Source: Eutreptiella sp. 'Long Island Sound 2002' (Eukaryota > Protista > Euglenida). Taken from it: a DNA stretch of 64,000 nt. The position numbers and the translations under genes are program-made. This document shows positions 46,437-60,500 of this stretch, in pieces. The DNA lies in NCBI GenBank assembly GCA_964036045.1, contig OZ038378.1:22568001-22632000 (forward strand). The letters run 5' to 3'. Every line of letters begins with the position of its first letter. Positions within the stretch are counted from its first letter, which is position 1. The notes beneath the pieces are model-generated. The model was not told where the DNA came from and did no database searches. It saw nothing but the letters and a program-made list of their open reading frames with translations.

Positions 46437-46544
46437 GGCGCAGGTTGTTAGGCTGAAGCAGGAGTTGACAGAGAGGGAGATGCTTGACATGGAACGGGAC
46501 CGAGAGAGGACTGAGAAGGCTGGAGCGGAGGCAGGGGATCTCAG
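46437..46544 (+). CDS. Host gene symmetric exon (AQVVRLKQELTERE...AEAGDL)
   Basis: tttccAG / gatctcag|GTatgt, 108 nt, phase 2-2. Confidence 0.85.
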
Positions 46545-47089
46545 GTATGTGTTCCTTGGCAGTGCACTGGTTGCAGTGGGTGCGGATTACCACATTGGCG
46601 GGCTTCTTACCCACTTTTCTCCATGTCCTAGCTATAGGAGGTGTCCTCTCTGTGCTTAGTTGGGACCCGGTTGTAATTCAGTACAAAATGTAGTGATCCT
46701 TCCAGAAGCCATTTTCGACTGCTTGTGTGAAGGTTGCCCTGGCCCATTTCATAACTCACTCGGTACCTGTAACCCAATCCGAGTCAGAACTCCGGAAGAG
46801 CTGCTGAGGAGAGATTTTTGTTTTGTTAGGTGCACGCCCACCCAAATGCCGTTTGCACGTGTGCACGGCATACCCTTGTCCAAGGTACAAAAGTACAAGA
46901 ACCATCTTGACCGTATTAAGCTGGGACCTTGGCGGATTCTGGGCGAGTGTACTCAGGTCAAACCTCAGTGCACAGCTGGGATTTGGCCTGGAGCTGGGGT
47001 GAAGACCAATTTGTTGGAACCTATGGTGATTTTGGGGGCGCTGACCTCAGTTGGGTGGAGGTGACTAATTCTGGCTGAATGCCCGCAAA

Positions 47090-49280
47090 TTCTGTGGGGG
47101 TGTAGCACACACAGTTGTTTGCTGGTACACACGCAACTTGCTTCGCCTGCTGCTCATCAGCTTTGCGGAGGCCAATAGGCCATCTCCTTCCTACATTCCT
47201 ACATATTGGTTTCTTGGTGCTCATGCAATTTCCTTGCTTCACCTACCGCCCTTGTATATGCAATGCTTGCCCTTGCATTGACGCTGAGCGGTTGGCGCCT
47301 GCTGCTGCCAGTTAGGGGTAGGGATCCGTCCCATTCCCTGTGAGGGGTAGGGTTGCCGGTCTTCCTCCCAGCTAAGGGGCAGGGGTGTGCGGTTGCCCTC
47401 CCACTTCAGCCCTCTAGGCAGCACTTGCTCCGTGGACTGGTTGCTGCGCACTACAAGAAGGGCTGTCATGTTTTCTAGCTACCCGTAGCTGGGAGGGAGG
47501 GAGGGGGGACGGCTACCCCACCCCTAAATGGTAATGGCAGGCGCCAACCACTCAGCCTCAGCGCACAGGGGCAGGCAGTGCATATCAGACATTGGGTCTG
47601 CAGGCCGAGGGCACACCCAGGCCTGTGGTACCTGCAGGGTGGGCCACCCCCCTTGCCCCTGCCCCGTGTGGGCCACTGTGTGTGGGTGTGTGTTACGGGG
47701 GGCATGTAGGGGAGCAGTGCGTTCCCTGGTAGGAGGCTGTGGGGAGGGAGGGGGTTGAAAGGAGGGAGGACTGTGGTTGGGGCAAGGGGTGCATGCACGT
47801 GCTGTGCGTTGGCGAAGGTGCTGCATGAGCAAGGGTGCTGCGCGGGGGACAGCACAAAAATAGCGTGCATCACCAAGTGTTCCCAAGTGGTCTCCCACCT
47901 CAGGTCTACCGGGGGTATTCCCCGTGGTATGTGGCCTTACGTAGCAGTCAGAGGCGGACATTGGGTCCGCTGGCTGAGGGCACATCCAGTCTTGTGGTAC
48001 CTGCGCGGTTGCCCCCCCCCCCCCTCCATCCCGCAGTGTGTGCAACCACTCTGCAGGTGCGTGGGGCGTGGGGCAAGTGCTCCCTCAAGGGCTGAAGTAG
48101 GAGGGTACACACACCCCGTTCCCTTAGCCGGAAGGGAGACCGGCGACCCGACCCCAAACCAGGAGGGAAATGGATAACTCTGCCCCTCGCATGAGGGAGA
48201 CAACTAACCCTGCACTCGGAGTTCCTACCCGTTCAACGGCAACCTTTCTACTGGGGCTGGGTTGCCCAATACCGCCACGTGCGGCACAATTCCACCCCAA
48301 TGTAGGTGGCGGTGAACACCTATCAAGGCTTGCGCTTTTTGAGTGTCTGCGTCTTGACGGCACTTACTCGTTGCATAACACGCAAACCATAGTGAGTACT
48401 CACTGACTTTTTGGAGGGCAATAGGCCATTTCCTTTCTAACTTCCCACACGTTCGTTTCTTGGCACCCATGCAACTTCCTTACGTCACCCCCCCTTCATA
48501 TACACTTCCTGCCCCTTGAGCTAATGCTGAGTGGTTGGTGCCTGCCGTTACCGGTCACTGGTAGGTATGACCTCCCTCCCTCCCTTGCAGCTAGAGATAG
48601 GGTTACTCGTCTCCCTCTGGGGATCGGGTAGGGATCGGAGGGGTACGCGGTTGCCCTCCCGCTTTGGCCCTCTAGGGAGCACTTGCTCCGCGCACCTCGC
48701 AGTGTGCCCAAAGCACACGGACCCGCCATCCGCCTCTGGCCGATGCTTACAGCCATACGACGGGGAATACAACTAAACTTGTCCCTGTAATTCTAAGGTG
48801 GGACTTGGTGCTGTGCACTTTTTTTTTTTTGCCGCCACCCCTGCAGCGGCCTTGCCCACACACGACACGCGCATACACCCCTTGCCCCAACCACAGCCCC
48901 CCCTCTTTCCAAACCCCGACCCCAACCCCCCACCGGCCAAAACACTAGTCCCCTGTGTGCCCCAAGGATCACACACCCACACACAGTGGCCCACCCACCA
49001 CAAGCAGGGTTGTCATGGCTCTTCCAACCGTGGAGTTAGGGTTACCACCAGTTCAACAGTGGCCTTTCTACTGGGGTGCGTTGCCCACCGCTACACACGC
49101 CACACTGCCACCTTGATATAGGTGGTGGTGGACACCTATCAAAGTTTGCATTTTCTAATTTTCTCGTATTTTCGACTAAATAGTTGCTGCATAACGTGCA
49201 AATCATGCCGAGTACTCACTGGCTTTGTGGAGGCTCTCCTTTTTTACATTCCCACACATTTGTTTCTGCCACCGCTCAAC
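47090..49280. repeat. Three diverged, partially overlapping copies of an unclassified repeat
   Basis: Similar blocks near 47160-47480, 48400-48700 and 49200-49270 (ggaggc(c/a)ataggccat..., gttgccctccc...ccctctagg...cacttgctcc), and near 48220-48400 vs 49030-49220. Confidence 0.5.
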
Positions 49281-51394
49281 TTGCTCAATTTGCTTGCGTG
49301 TTTTACCAAAGAGGCCTGGCATGAGCTGGCCATGGCCAACATTGCTGTCCCTCATGTGGTTGTTTGTGTGGATTTGAGGTTGCGGTGAAGGCAAGAGATT
49401 ATATCATTCTTGATGTTTTGTGGCAAATGGGCTCTCATGTGCGATGATCACTAGTTACACCAAACAAGGATGTGGTTTCTTGTTGGGGTGGGGGGGGTTA
49501 TTGGGTTTTCGGCCTGAAAAATTCACACATCCCTCTACATTGTTGCTTTCGTTGTTGCGCTTATGTGTGCGTTCTATTCATGCATATGTGGGTGTGAACA
49601 TCAAGTGTCATTTACTTGGGGTAGAGGGGAGGAGATAGGCGTGTCTGGACGCGCACATCACTTTGCTGTCTCTCATGTGTTGTTGTCATATTGTTGTGCG
49701 GCCCGATGTGCTGTGATACTGAACATCACGGGGGGTCTGCCGGTCCCAGCATGCGAGGTACCCCCCCAATTGAAGTATGGTTTGGGAAGATGACCAAGTG
49801 GGTGAGAGCGGAAGTGCAGAAGGAGGAGGTGAAGACCAGAGGGTGCTAGGATGGGTGGGACTGCAAGAAGATGGAATGTCCCGACGCACACGCCCACAGA
49901 CCCACTAACGAAAACTTGGGAGCGATCTCTCGGGACTCAGCACCGCAACCCCGGCCACAACCGGAGACAACCCAGTGCACGCAGGCCAACAACCACCAGG
50001 GTTGGACAGCAAAGGGCGAATAATTGGAGGGGTTGTTTCACAGCTTGGAACAAACATGGGGTTGGCACGAAGTAGTGGTGGAGGTGGACCTGAGAGAGAA
50101 AACGATAGGTCGGAGGAAACAGAGGAAGGAGCAGGACAGTGAGTTGCGGAGGAGGGGAGCGAGCGAGGGAACGGAGAGGAGAAGGACAGGCGGAGGGCGC
50201 CGACAATGATCGGCAAGAAGGAGAGGGCAATGAAGGGGCATAGCCATTGACGGGAGACACAGAAAAAGACGAAGAGGAGGGAGGGGCAGGAGGAGAGGAG
50301 AAACGGTAAGAAGCTACAAGAGAAACAGAGGAGGTCCAAGGAGTGAGCACAACAAGGGAATCACTGTCTCAGGAGCACCCTGAGGACCACAGTGACAAGG
50401 AGCAAGACGGTCAACGGGAAACAGGGAAGGAAGACGGAACTAGGAACACCCACCAAAGCCCAAGCGGCAATGGAGGGCACGGAGATCAAGGGAACTAGGA
50501 GGACCTAGGCCAGTCACAACGGGACAAAGAAGTTGGAGGAGAGCAAACGCGGGCAGAGCACGTTACCTTGGAAACAAAAGTGGCCCAAACGGGGCAGCAA
50601 GAAACAAGGCAAGACGAGGAGGAGTATGTAGTGGAAATGCATGAGGACCTCCTCCGCCAGTGTACCATGGCAGTCACAGCCCACGCAGCGCATGGAAATG
50701 AAACCATGGGGTTGTTGTGGGGGCGACAAAACGGCCAGGGGAGTAAAGACGGAAAGACTCATAATCCCCCCGCATGAGCGGCAGGCCAAAACAGAGTGCG
50801 TGGTCAGAGATTGTGAGCTATAGGGGGCGATCCGGTGAGGAAGGGACATGGGAGGTTGATGGTTGGGGTGGGTGCACACCCAAATCACGTGCCACTGCTC
50901 TCGGCACAAGACATTTGTTCCGCAAACACACTGGGAATACTCTTCGGGTCTATCATCCTAGAGGGAACGGCGCCCATAGCCATGGGCCAGAGCTGGATCA
51001 ACTGAGGGGGTTGCGGAGTGGTCAGTGCCCTGAAAGCCTATAAGCTGACCTAGGGGGGACAGTAGGCAATATCAAGGTGTGCAGCAAGGGCACGAAGGGC
51101 TCTAGGGGTCCCCCATGACTACCATTGACACCTGGAGGGAGTGTGGGAGGATGACCAACCACATCCAGTTGGCACATCACCCAGGGCCCGCGGTGCCCCA
51201 CAAGTCTTTCTAGGTTGTCGTGTGTTGTGTTGGGCTGCCCTATATTGTTGTTGCATGGGTGTGCGTGTTACGCCATTGTTGGTGTTGATGTTGCCGCGGC
51301 GTTGGCGGAGTTGTAGAGGTAGTCGCTGGGGTGTGGTGTGGGGGGGGTGTCCATTCCGAGTGGTGTCAGCAATGCAGCTGGTGTTATGGTTTCG

Positions 51395-51700
51395 TGCGGC
51401 ACTGGCAACCAAATCAGTCCCAATTTCCGAGTCCTGACGGCGCTGCGTGCGCCATCGGTGACCCTGTCCCTCAGTTGCCGGATGACTTGTGGTTCAGTCG
51501 CCGCCAACATCAGTGCCTTTCCACTCTCTGCATCTCCGTGCCCCCGTGTGAATGTTGTGCTGTGTGGTGCGGCACTGGCAACCAAATCAGTCTCAATCTC
51601 CGAAACCTAATGGCTGTGTCCGCCATCGGTGATCCTGTCCCTTAGTTGCCGGATCATCTGTGCTTCGGTCACCGCCAACATCGGTGCCCTTCCACTTTCT
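51395..51700. repeat. Two-copy ~170-bp tandem duplication
   Basis: gcggcactggcaaccaaatcagtc...gccaacatc(a/g)gtgcc at ~51397 and ~51568. Confidence 0.8.
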
Positions 51701-51763
51701 CGTCCCCCCCCACATCTCCGTGTGTGGTTGTTATGGTGTGTGGTTACTGTGTTGTTGTGTGTG

Positions 51764-52639
51764 TTAGTGTCCATACGTTCTCAACCCTAGTTTTGCTGCT
51801 ATGATGTTTGCGTGGTTTAGTTGGGCCATGAGTCTCACTGAGTCGTCCATTATGAAGTGTATCCCTTCTCCTACAATAAACACTTCAGGCATCCATATCC
51901 TTTCCTCTGGTACCCATGCACAGCCTGCCACTACCTGCACAAGGTAGACTCTGCGTGGTCCTAGGAGGTACATTCGGGTTCCTCCATTCGGGTAGTCTCC
52001 TGTCCACCCCGGTCTCCTCTTTTCCCTTAGTATGCAGTCCCGCTGCAGCCTGAGTGGGTCTACTATGTACCACCTAAATTTCTCTCCAAAGGACATTGGT
52101 TTGGTTGTATTTGTGTTGTATCTTTGTGGTGGGGGTGTGCCTATCGGCCGTGGCTCTGCCCCTCGACTTTTTCTTGTTATCCACAGCCACGAACTCCACG
52201 TCTGTTCCAACCCTTGGTTCCCTCTGTCTTCTTCTCTGCTTTGTTGCTGGGCCCGCTGTGGGGTCTCTTTGTGCGGCTCATTTTGTCCGCACACTTTCAA
52301 CCTGAAAAATGTCGGGTTGAACTGAAAAATTGTGTGGTGTGGTTGTGGGGCTGGTTGGTTGTTCCCTCCCTGCCCTGCTTGTGTCCCGTTACTCCTTCGG
52401 TTCTCATATGCTGTGATCAACTGCTTGAACAACTCAGTCGCTTTCTCTTGGTTGTTCTTGGTTTTGTCTGGGTGGAGTGTGAGAACCATTGCCTTGACTT
52501 TCTCCTTTGTTGCCCCGGGTTTGGCCCTACCCGGGCCGGCAGACTGACCTCCGCAAAATCTGGTGGCAGGACTTCCACTAGCTCCACCTCCACCTCTGTT
52601 CTCAGCTTCCGGTTGTCCACCCGTACTCTCCTCCTTCAT
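51764..52639 (-). pseudogene. Antisense intronic ORF containing a partial J-domain (HPD motif)
   Basis: KVKAMVLTLHPDKTKNNQEKATELFKQLITAYE (HPD at 52466-52474) matches DnaJ helix II-HPD-helix III. Helix I is missing or frameshifted. Confidence 0.5.
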
Positions 52640-54535
52640 CCCACCAGTAGTACCTAGGCCTTTCAGTCCGCTACTTCTTCAAATATTGCCCTACACCCCT
52701 CCAAGTCCCCTTGTTTCATTCCGACCAACTGCACGGCTTGGCCCACCTCTAGGTCCCGCCCTGTGCCCTGTGATCCTACGCCCGCCATTGTTTCCTTGGC
52801 TAATGCGCCTGCCTTACTTGGCTGCTTTTTGTTGTCCTATTCCCTTCCCTATGAGGATCGTCTTGTTTCGGTGGTCTTTTCCTGTACATTGGAGATGGAT
52901 CCGGTGCCCCTTGCCACCCTGTGCCGCCCCCTGACCCCTCTGCACTAGTCTATTGCATAACTCCCATGTGTGCTTGGCCCACCCTGCCTTTCCCCCTTTC
53001 TTTTTCTTAGAACAGTGGTCTAGTCCCAGGGTTAAGGTCGTCCCTGTTCACAGTGTATCTGTCTCCAGTACCGTGGACTCCTTTCTGTTTGCTGGCGTCC
53101 TGTCCTCTGTGTGGGGTTCCCTCCTCCCCTCTCCGTGTTCGCCCCTCTCCTCTCTCCCTGTTTCATGGTGGGCGTGCTCCGTTGCTGTGCCTTCTAGTTC
53201 CTCTGTATACTGACTGTTGGGGCTCCCTTCTGCCCTCAAACTTAGGCCCTCCTCCCCAATGTCTTCTCCTGTCCTATGCTGTGTCGCTCCCCCTTATTGC
53301 ATCCACCATTTATTGTGTCCTACCGTTTGACAATGGGCCCCATGTGTGGTGATGCTGATCCTGACCTCCAACTTTGCTTTGGTTATTTTACGGGGGTGGG
53401 TGAGGAGCGCGCGGACTCCTCCCTCGCCCCAACTGCGGGGATGCGTACGAAGGGGAACTAGCCCCGGTCCCGAACCCTTAGATTGACCGCGGGCGCTACG
53501 TGCATGGTCTACCACCGCCACGCCAGCCAAGGCCAACATGCCATCAAACAGCATGCAACTACGCCCAAGACAGACTAGGATATGTGAGCCAGCAGAAGCA
53601 AGTGGCCAAAACCACCAACACCAAGCACACCGACACCAACAAGGAGCCCGCAGGAGCCAGGATCTTCCTCCTCAAGGGGAAGGAGGGGACAGGGTGCGGC
53701 GAATCCACTCCCACTCCCCCTACCCCACCCCCTCCGCTACCCCCTTCCCACAGCAACACGCTCCCCCGCCTCCCAATGCAACAGGATAGGGCAGACCGCG
53801 CTCGCCGAAACCGTGCAGAGCGCAGAAGGAGCAGAAGCAAAGGACAAAAGGGAAAGAATCATTATGGTTGTTAGAAGCCCCTGTCAGGAAAATTATCCCA
53901 CAGATGCACACCCAGCGTGCACAAGTCAGTGCTAGAGTCGGCAAACCCAGCATGGTCTCGGAGTGTGCATCTGGATGCACCTGGTCAACGGCATGGGCAA
54001 CAGCCCACCTCCGGGACAGCCGACCCTGGAGTAGTCAAAGAGGACAAGTCATCCTGGGGCTCCATTGACACAACCAAAACACATTCGGACCCACAGAGGG
54101 TCAGAATATGCAGTGGCGAGAGGCCAATAGGCGCCGCCAAAGGCAAACAACCTAATACCCAGGCCTTGTGCCACCCCCCCCCCCCCCCCCAAGGGGGCCT
54201 CCAACCACAGTCAGTTGCCAGAGGTCCTGGGCTTGGCTAACCCCATGCCTAATGTGTTGGCCTGCATTGCAAGGGTCTAAGGCGCCCGTCCCCATCCTCG
54301 GCAGACTCCCTGACCCCCCCACCCCACCCCTTGTCTTGGGATGACCAACCCATGGCTCCCCCCGGCCAGGAATCCCCCCTTGCTCCCCTTCCGACCAGGT
54401 GTCCGCCCTCCCCCGAAAGGGGGCCTCCGGACACAGTTATTTTGGGGGGTACCTCACGTCATTACCCATGAGCCCCGCCCCCCCTCCGCCCGGGCTGAAC
54501 ACACAGCCTATGCCCCGTGGTCGTTCGCGGCGATC

Positions 54536-54579
<44 letters not shown>

Positions 54580-54633
54580 AATGTGTCCGTGCCTGTGTGC
54601 GTGTGCCGTGTGTTTCTGCACGATATTTGACAG

Positions 54634-54796
54634 CTCGGAGCTGGAGATGCTGAAGCAGGAGCTGGAGAGGGGGAAACAGGAGATGGACAGGGAAAGGCGT
54701 GAGGCGCAAGCCGTCATGGACGCAGCGCACGCCTCCGTGGATGCTGCGAGATTGGCATCCGTCGAGAAAGACGCCGAGTGGGAACGACAGGAGATG
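54634..54796 (+). CDS. Host gene exon (SELEMLKQELERGKQEMDRE...WERQEM)
   Basis: tttgacAG / atg|GTgctc, 163 nt, phase 2 to 0. Confidence 0.8.
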
Positions 54797-56224
54797 GTGC
54801 TCTGCCTAGTCTGTGCGTGGCATCAGCACTGAGGGAGGAAGGCTCCACACTGATGGGGTTGCGGGACTTCGTTTGGGGCGGCCGAAGCAGGCGACAGTGA
54901 TCACAATGCCATGACGATGGCATGCACACGCCGCAGGGTCGCTGCAGTGGCCCCCTCCGAGGCAGCACCTCAACACGCTCCTGGCCACACCGCACATGCA
55001 TTTGCCCTTCCCCCATCCATCGTCAACAACACACACAGACACCCGACCACACACAGGGCCTCCAACCTCCTCTCCTAACCGCCCATCCCGAATCCCCAGC
55101 CCCCAGCCCCATGTAAGCCCCACGTTTTCAAGGGTGCGCCCCCCTTCCCTTTCCCAAGCAGTGCCCTATCCCAGCAACACGGGGTGTTGAGCCCGTCCCT
55201 TTGGGCGCCACCGATTTTGGGGGTGCACTTTCTTTGTCTTTTTTTTCTGTTGTGTGTGCTACGGTACTGCGAATGGGCGCCAGATGAGTGTTGAATTCCC
55301 CCCACCGCCAGCACCAACAAATGATGGTGGAGGGGCAACATGACGGGGAAATTACTGCACAGTCCCTTCGGGCTTCGCTTTCAGTGCCTTGTATGTGCAA
55401 AGCGGGGGCCATACCACCGAACTACTGTGTGTTTTGGGGGGGTGGAGAGGACGAAATGTGGAACAGCAAAATTTGGCACAACACAACTGTGCCCAATGGT
55501 GCGATGGTGCTTTAAGATCCGTCGCCATTTTCCAAAGGTGCCATTCATGGTCCATGTGTGTGGGGCCACCGTCTGGGAGGTTTGCACCAAAATAAATTTC
55601 CCCGCACCAGATTTTCCCATTTGCCAGGGCCCTGCTCACCGAATGAGTGCGACCACGAGGGTGGAACCCCTGCTCCATCAGAATCCTTACTCGTGAGGTG
55701 GTGCACGGGTTCAACCGCGACCAACCGTTGCGCAGGGTCTGGCCTGACAATGGCAGCTCCTCCCCGCCCCCCTGCCCCAGGCCATCAGATGTGGGGCACC
55801 ACAGCACCCATTCAGCATTGGTGAGGTTTTCATGCGCATGCACACGCGATGTGCGGTTGTCTACTGGTTTGGAAGGCGAACCGCATGTGACATGCCATGC
55901 AGTACCAGATAGCCATGGGTGCTACACGGCCCGCTCGCACCCGTGCAGGTCACTGCTGCGCTGCTGCCAGCCCTCATGGGGGGCGCCACCCCATTGCACT
56001 TCCGCTGTATTATGTTTTGTGTTTCCTGGAGTACCGCTGCATTCAGGAGGCGATGCTCAAAGAGGAGGAGAACCAGATGTAGGCTGCCATGCCCAGAGAC
56101 TTACACGGGGCAACGATCAGGGTTGCTGCTGGTGCTGCCACGGCCGCTGCTTATGGCAATGACGCCCGGTGGGGGCCGGGGGGGGTCATTGCAGCCTGCT
56201 GCAGTAGCAGGAAGCGGAGAAGGC

Positions 56225-56360
56225 ACCAACGGTTGAAGCATGCCGCAGCATGCCACAGAATGCTGCAGCATGCCGCAGCACCTGATTTTGGGGCCTGTTG
56301 GTGGGGGTTTTGAAGCATGCCGCAGCATGCCGCAGAATGCCGCAGCATGCCGCAGCACAC
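56225..56360. repeat. (GCAGCATGCC)n-type 10-mer repeats, echoed at ~56815-56845
   Basis: Directly visible. Confidence 0.8.
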
Positions 56361-57409
56361 TGAAAATTCGGCTCAGACCAAAATATTGATACCATCTTTA
56401 AGCACCTGTGCAGTAGAGAATGATGGTACTCTAGTGGATAGATGCAGTGGCTGTGGTATACAGGTCCCTGATTCAATTCCCAGAGCTGTCAACACAATGT
56501 TCTACAGGCAGAGACAGCAAAGGTCCAGGCTGACCTATTTCCCCCCCCTTTTTTTCTTTCTTGTGGTGTTGTGCTTTGACAGGCCCTTGTTATCTTCACT
56601 TTGTCTTCTGATATCTACTGTTGAACCCACTGCCGAGGGGACAACACAACCAGAGAGGAACAAGGAGACAACCAGGAGTACCATTTGCAGTGGGCAATTG
56701 GAGAAGGCAGGCATTGGGCAGTACCTATGTTGTACAGACACCCAGGGTTTGTGTTTGATGTAGCGTTTTGCCACCTTTGAAGCTTTTTGGAAAATTAGGT
56801 TACCCTCACCAACGGCTTGAAGCATGTCGCAGCATGCCGCAGCACAGCAAATTTTTCTGGGGGACCGTTGGTACCTGCTCATGGCTCATGGTACTGTTCT
56901 GCACGTTGCACTGTAGCCCACCGGGCTGGCACGTGAGTCTCGGCCAGGGAGCAGGACCTCGCCTTGAAGCGCGATTTGAGGGGATGGTTGCAGTTTCAGA
57001 TTCAGCGCAAGGGCGGCATGGCCAGTTCACAGATATTTTGCCCACCCAGACCTTGGCTTCACGTTGGCCCCACTCGAGCCGGGGAGGGGGCGGCGGCCGG
57101 GGGGGGGGGGGTGAATGGACGAAATGTGTCCTGTTTCAGACGAGAATGTGCAGCCTGCCCCGAATGGCATTGAGGAACGGTTGAGGCCCGAAACACGGGG
57201 CATATTCGTCCCTAAAAGCGGAATCCCCATTTTGTGCGCGGGACCATTGGGTGCATGGGAACAGTACAAACCGCCCACAGACGACATCAGCAGACTTCTC
57301 CTGAAATCCACTCGAGACGGCACAGCTCTGACCCACGTATCACAGAAGTATGAAGGGCCAGGTCCAAGTATGAGGTGTAATTTGTGTGCAGCTGCGTCAT
57401 GTTTTGCAG

Positions 57410-57535
57410 GACTACCGCAAGGCCAAGCAGTTGATCGACAGCCAGAGCGAAGCCCTCGCATTTCAGGGTATGGCTGTGGCAAAGGAAAAGGAAGAAATGC
57501 GGCTGGCGAGAGAGAAACTGGACGCTGAGAAGGAG
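57410..57535 (+). CDS. Host gene exon (DYRKAKQLIDSQSEALAFQGMAVAKEKEE...)
   Basis: ttttgcAG / gag|GTattg, 126 nt, phase 0-0; in frame with the exon ending at 54796. Confidence 0.75.
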
Positions 57536-60500
57536 GTATTGAGCTGCACTGTGTCTGGCTTCGAGGATGTCGTTCAGGATCGCCATAGGCACGCAACCAT
57601 TGATGTGGGGTGTGGGGGGGGGGGCATGACCACGGCGTTGACACAAGCCACACACATGCCACATACCCATGCACAGCCTGCGCATGCCATGTCCATGCGC
57701 ACATGCCACACATGCTGTGTGTCCCTACAAGCCACGAGCATTGACACCTTCTCGGCTCAGGGACCCCGAGATGGTGGGCCTTGTCGCCATATTGATGTTC
57801 CCCACTTTAGGGATCCTGATATGTTTGGGGACGTAATTCCTCCCGCTCACATGCTGACTGCTTGAGCGCAGATGTGGGCATGCAGAGGTTGCCAGCAGGG
57901 CGCATCACAGCCGGCTGGGATGGAGGCTATATCAGGTGCAGGTGCAAGCAAGGGGGGGGTGAGGGCAGCCAGGCCCGGTCTTTGTGGGACGCAAAGCAGC
58001 CCAGAACAATTTTAGTGACCCTAAAAGGCCAATCCCCCGATTTTGGCACAATTTTTGCCCCAAGCGGCCCTGCCCAGACTCAACTTTCCGGCAGTGGGTG
58101 CTGGCGCCTAGGAAGCGGACGCGGACTCCCCATGGTTATGCTGTGAAACATGCGGTCTCTCACTGATACCTACGGAAGCTTCTGCCCCGGATTTAACCAT
58201 GGGTGCGAAAAGTTCAGCCAGAGGGCTGTCATTTTACATAGGCACACATTTTCTACAGCTCTGTTTTAGCTGTCAAAGATGTCCATTTCTGTGGTGCGCG
58301 CGCGTTCTTCTGCCAAAGCGACAATGCCAATCTTTGATTTTGACTGTCCAAATCAGGACCTAGCTTTCGTTGACGAAAATTGGATTTGAGACCACCAATC
58401 CGTAGGGATTTTAAAGCCCAAGAATGCTGTGAAATTGATTTTTTCACGAATCAACACAAATTACTGCTCTGCAGTACTAATCATCGATTTCGGCAATCTG
58501 GCTGACCTCATAATCATGTTCAGCGTCAAAAACTACCCACATTTAGCTTTTGGTATATAGCAATTTAAGCTGGTAGGCCCGAGATATGAATTTTTCGGGT
58601 TTCGTTACAGTTGGGTTGGTTTGGCCATTTTGCACACCTACTGCAGCTTACCCGCAGCTATCCAGGACTGAACCAAGTTAGTTTCTAAGTGCATTTGTAC
58701 CCAAACGATGTTGAAAACATCAAGGTTGCCCGCTCTAGCCTCCTTTTTACGCGTTAAATGGCACAACACTGGTAAAAAGTGGGACTTTGGTTGGTTCCAG
58801 TATCTCCATTGCACAGCTTTCCCAAGCTGCTACATTCCGGCCTACGGATCAAGCTTTTTGTGGTCTCCGACCGTCCCATATTGGGCCCACAAAGGGGATC
58901 CAAGCAATTTTGCATGGCAATGGCCTCTAGGGAGAGCACGCGAGGGCAAAACCTCAAAGATACAAGCTTTTTGGACTGCATTTTTGGGGCATTTTCACAA
59001 AACCAGCTTGCCATGATGATCCTGGGTCACATTTGCTCACAACTGGATGGTGTTGCAACGTCTAGCTGATGCTTAAGACTTGATGAGGAACTCACAGGAT
59101 TGTTATTGTGTAAATATTGTTCTTACCATGCTTGATCACAATTCAAGCTTCAGGGCAGGCTATTGTGTGTAGCATTGAGGAACATTTCGTGTCATCGCCA
59201 CACTCGATGTCCAATAGTATGGGTACGTGCGTACATTTGATTTGCATTCAAAGGTGATCTACACATCTACCCTTTCCATTGAACCCATGCAATTGTTGAT
59301 CGTATCGTTCTTATCTCCACCGCCGGGTCTTGTTGTGGGTGGGAGGGCCGGACTACCCCCGGAGCTTGTTGACCCACAACATACATGACTCAAAAAGATA
59401 CCCGTATCGCGCTCATCGTTTTGATGCCGTATGTTGGGATTTCTCTTGCTCCCCCGCCCCGTTCCCGCTTGGGTTGTTCAGTGGTCATAGCACGATGCTT
59501 GTACACCGGTGGTCATGGGATCAAACCCAGCTGCTCTCAAAGTTCATAACTAGATGGGGTGGCTCATACCCAATGACTGTAGCTATCACAGCGTAGCTAT
59601 TAGAGTGGCTCCAACCCGTGCAATACTACGATAGGGAACAACAGTGGGATGGATCATCTTTTAAGATAGGGTCCGGAATAGTGCAGTCCCCTCTCAACCA
59701 TGAATACCGCTTCAGCTCGTTGGGACCTGGGCAGAGTGTCAGATGTTGAGGGTAGACTGTACCTTGGCTCCGGACAAACTCATTGAGGTGGAGACACGAG
59801 GCGTGACGGGGGACCAGGTTTTTGGCTTGCGCCCGACGTTCGAGTGGGTGAGAGGCCCATAGCTCCTCACCACCCCCCACCTGCCACTAGCCAGACCCCT
59901 CCCCCAAGTTAAATGGGCCTAGAAAGGAGGGCAACCATGTATGTGCAGGACAATCCATTGGGATTGTGCATGGTTTTCGTTGTCACAAGGGGTCTTGGGG
60001 ACCTACAGAGGTAAGAATCCCGATAGTCTTGAGGGGCCTGGAGCCCGTGGATGCTCACCGAAGGTGAATGTGGCTCGTAGCTCACCCTATCAGGTTGGTC
60101 CTCCGAGAGATGAGCAAGGGACCCTTTGTAGAGAGGGCTTGTAACCCTTAGCCTTTGGCTCAAGATTGCTTGGACCAAGCAATTTCCAAGCCCTAGTGTG
60201 TGAGAAATGCAGCGGGACCACTCCGATATGGGGACCACTTTGCTATCATCCTATATGCAATGTATCCACCCCGGCGGTCACACAAAACATGGACCCTACC
60301 CGTCTTGTGGCAGTAGTTATTAAGCAACATGGCTTGTAAGTACGCATGTATCCCGCAGTATGGCACCACGCCCCGCGTCGGATGGACCTAGACAAGGGAC
60401 CTCCACCACCGGGTCCACATCAGCGGACACCCCTTCCGGGGAAGGTGCGATCCGGTTGGGGCAGCGGTACCACTACTATAACAAGTGCTACACACTTGGA

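Noticed and set aside
56047-56082. Possible extra host exon (EAMLKEEENQM)
   Set aside because: It has an AG acceptor and suitable composition, but runs into TAG, and the only GT donor gives a phase incompatible with the 57410 exon. Exons 54796 and 57410 already join in frame.
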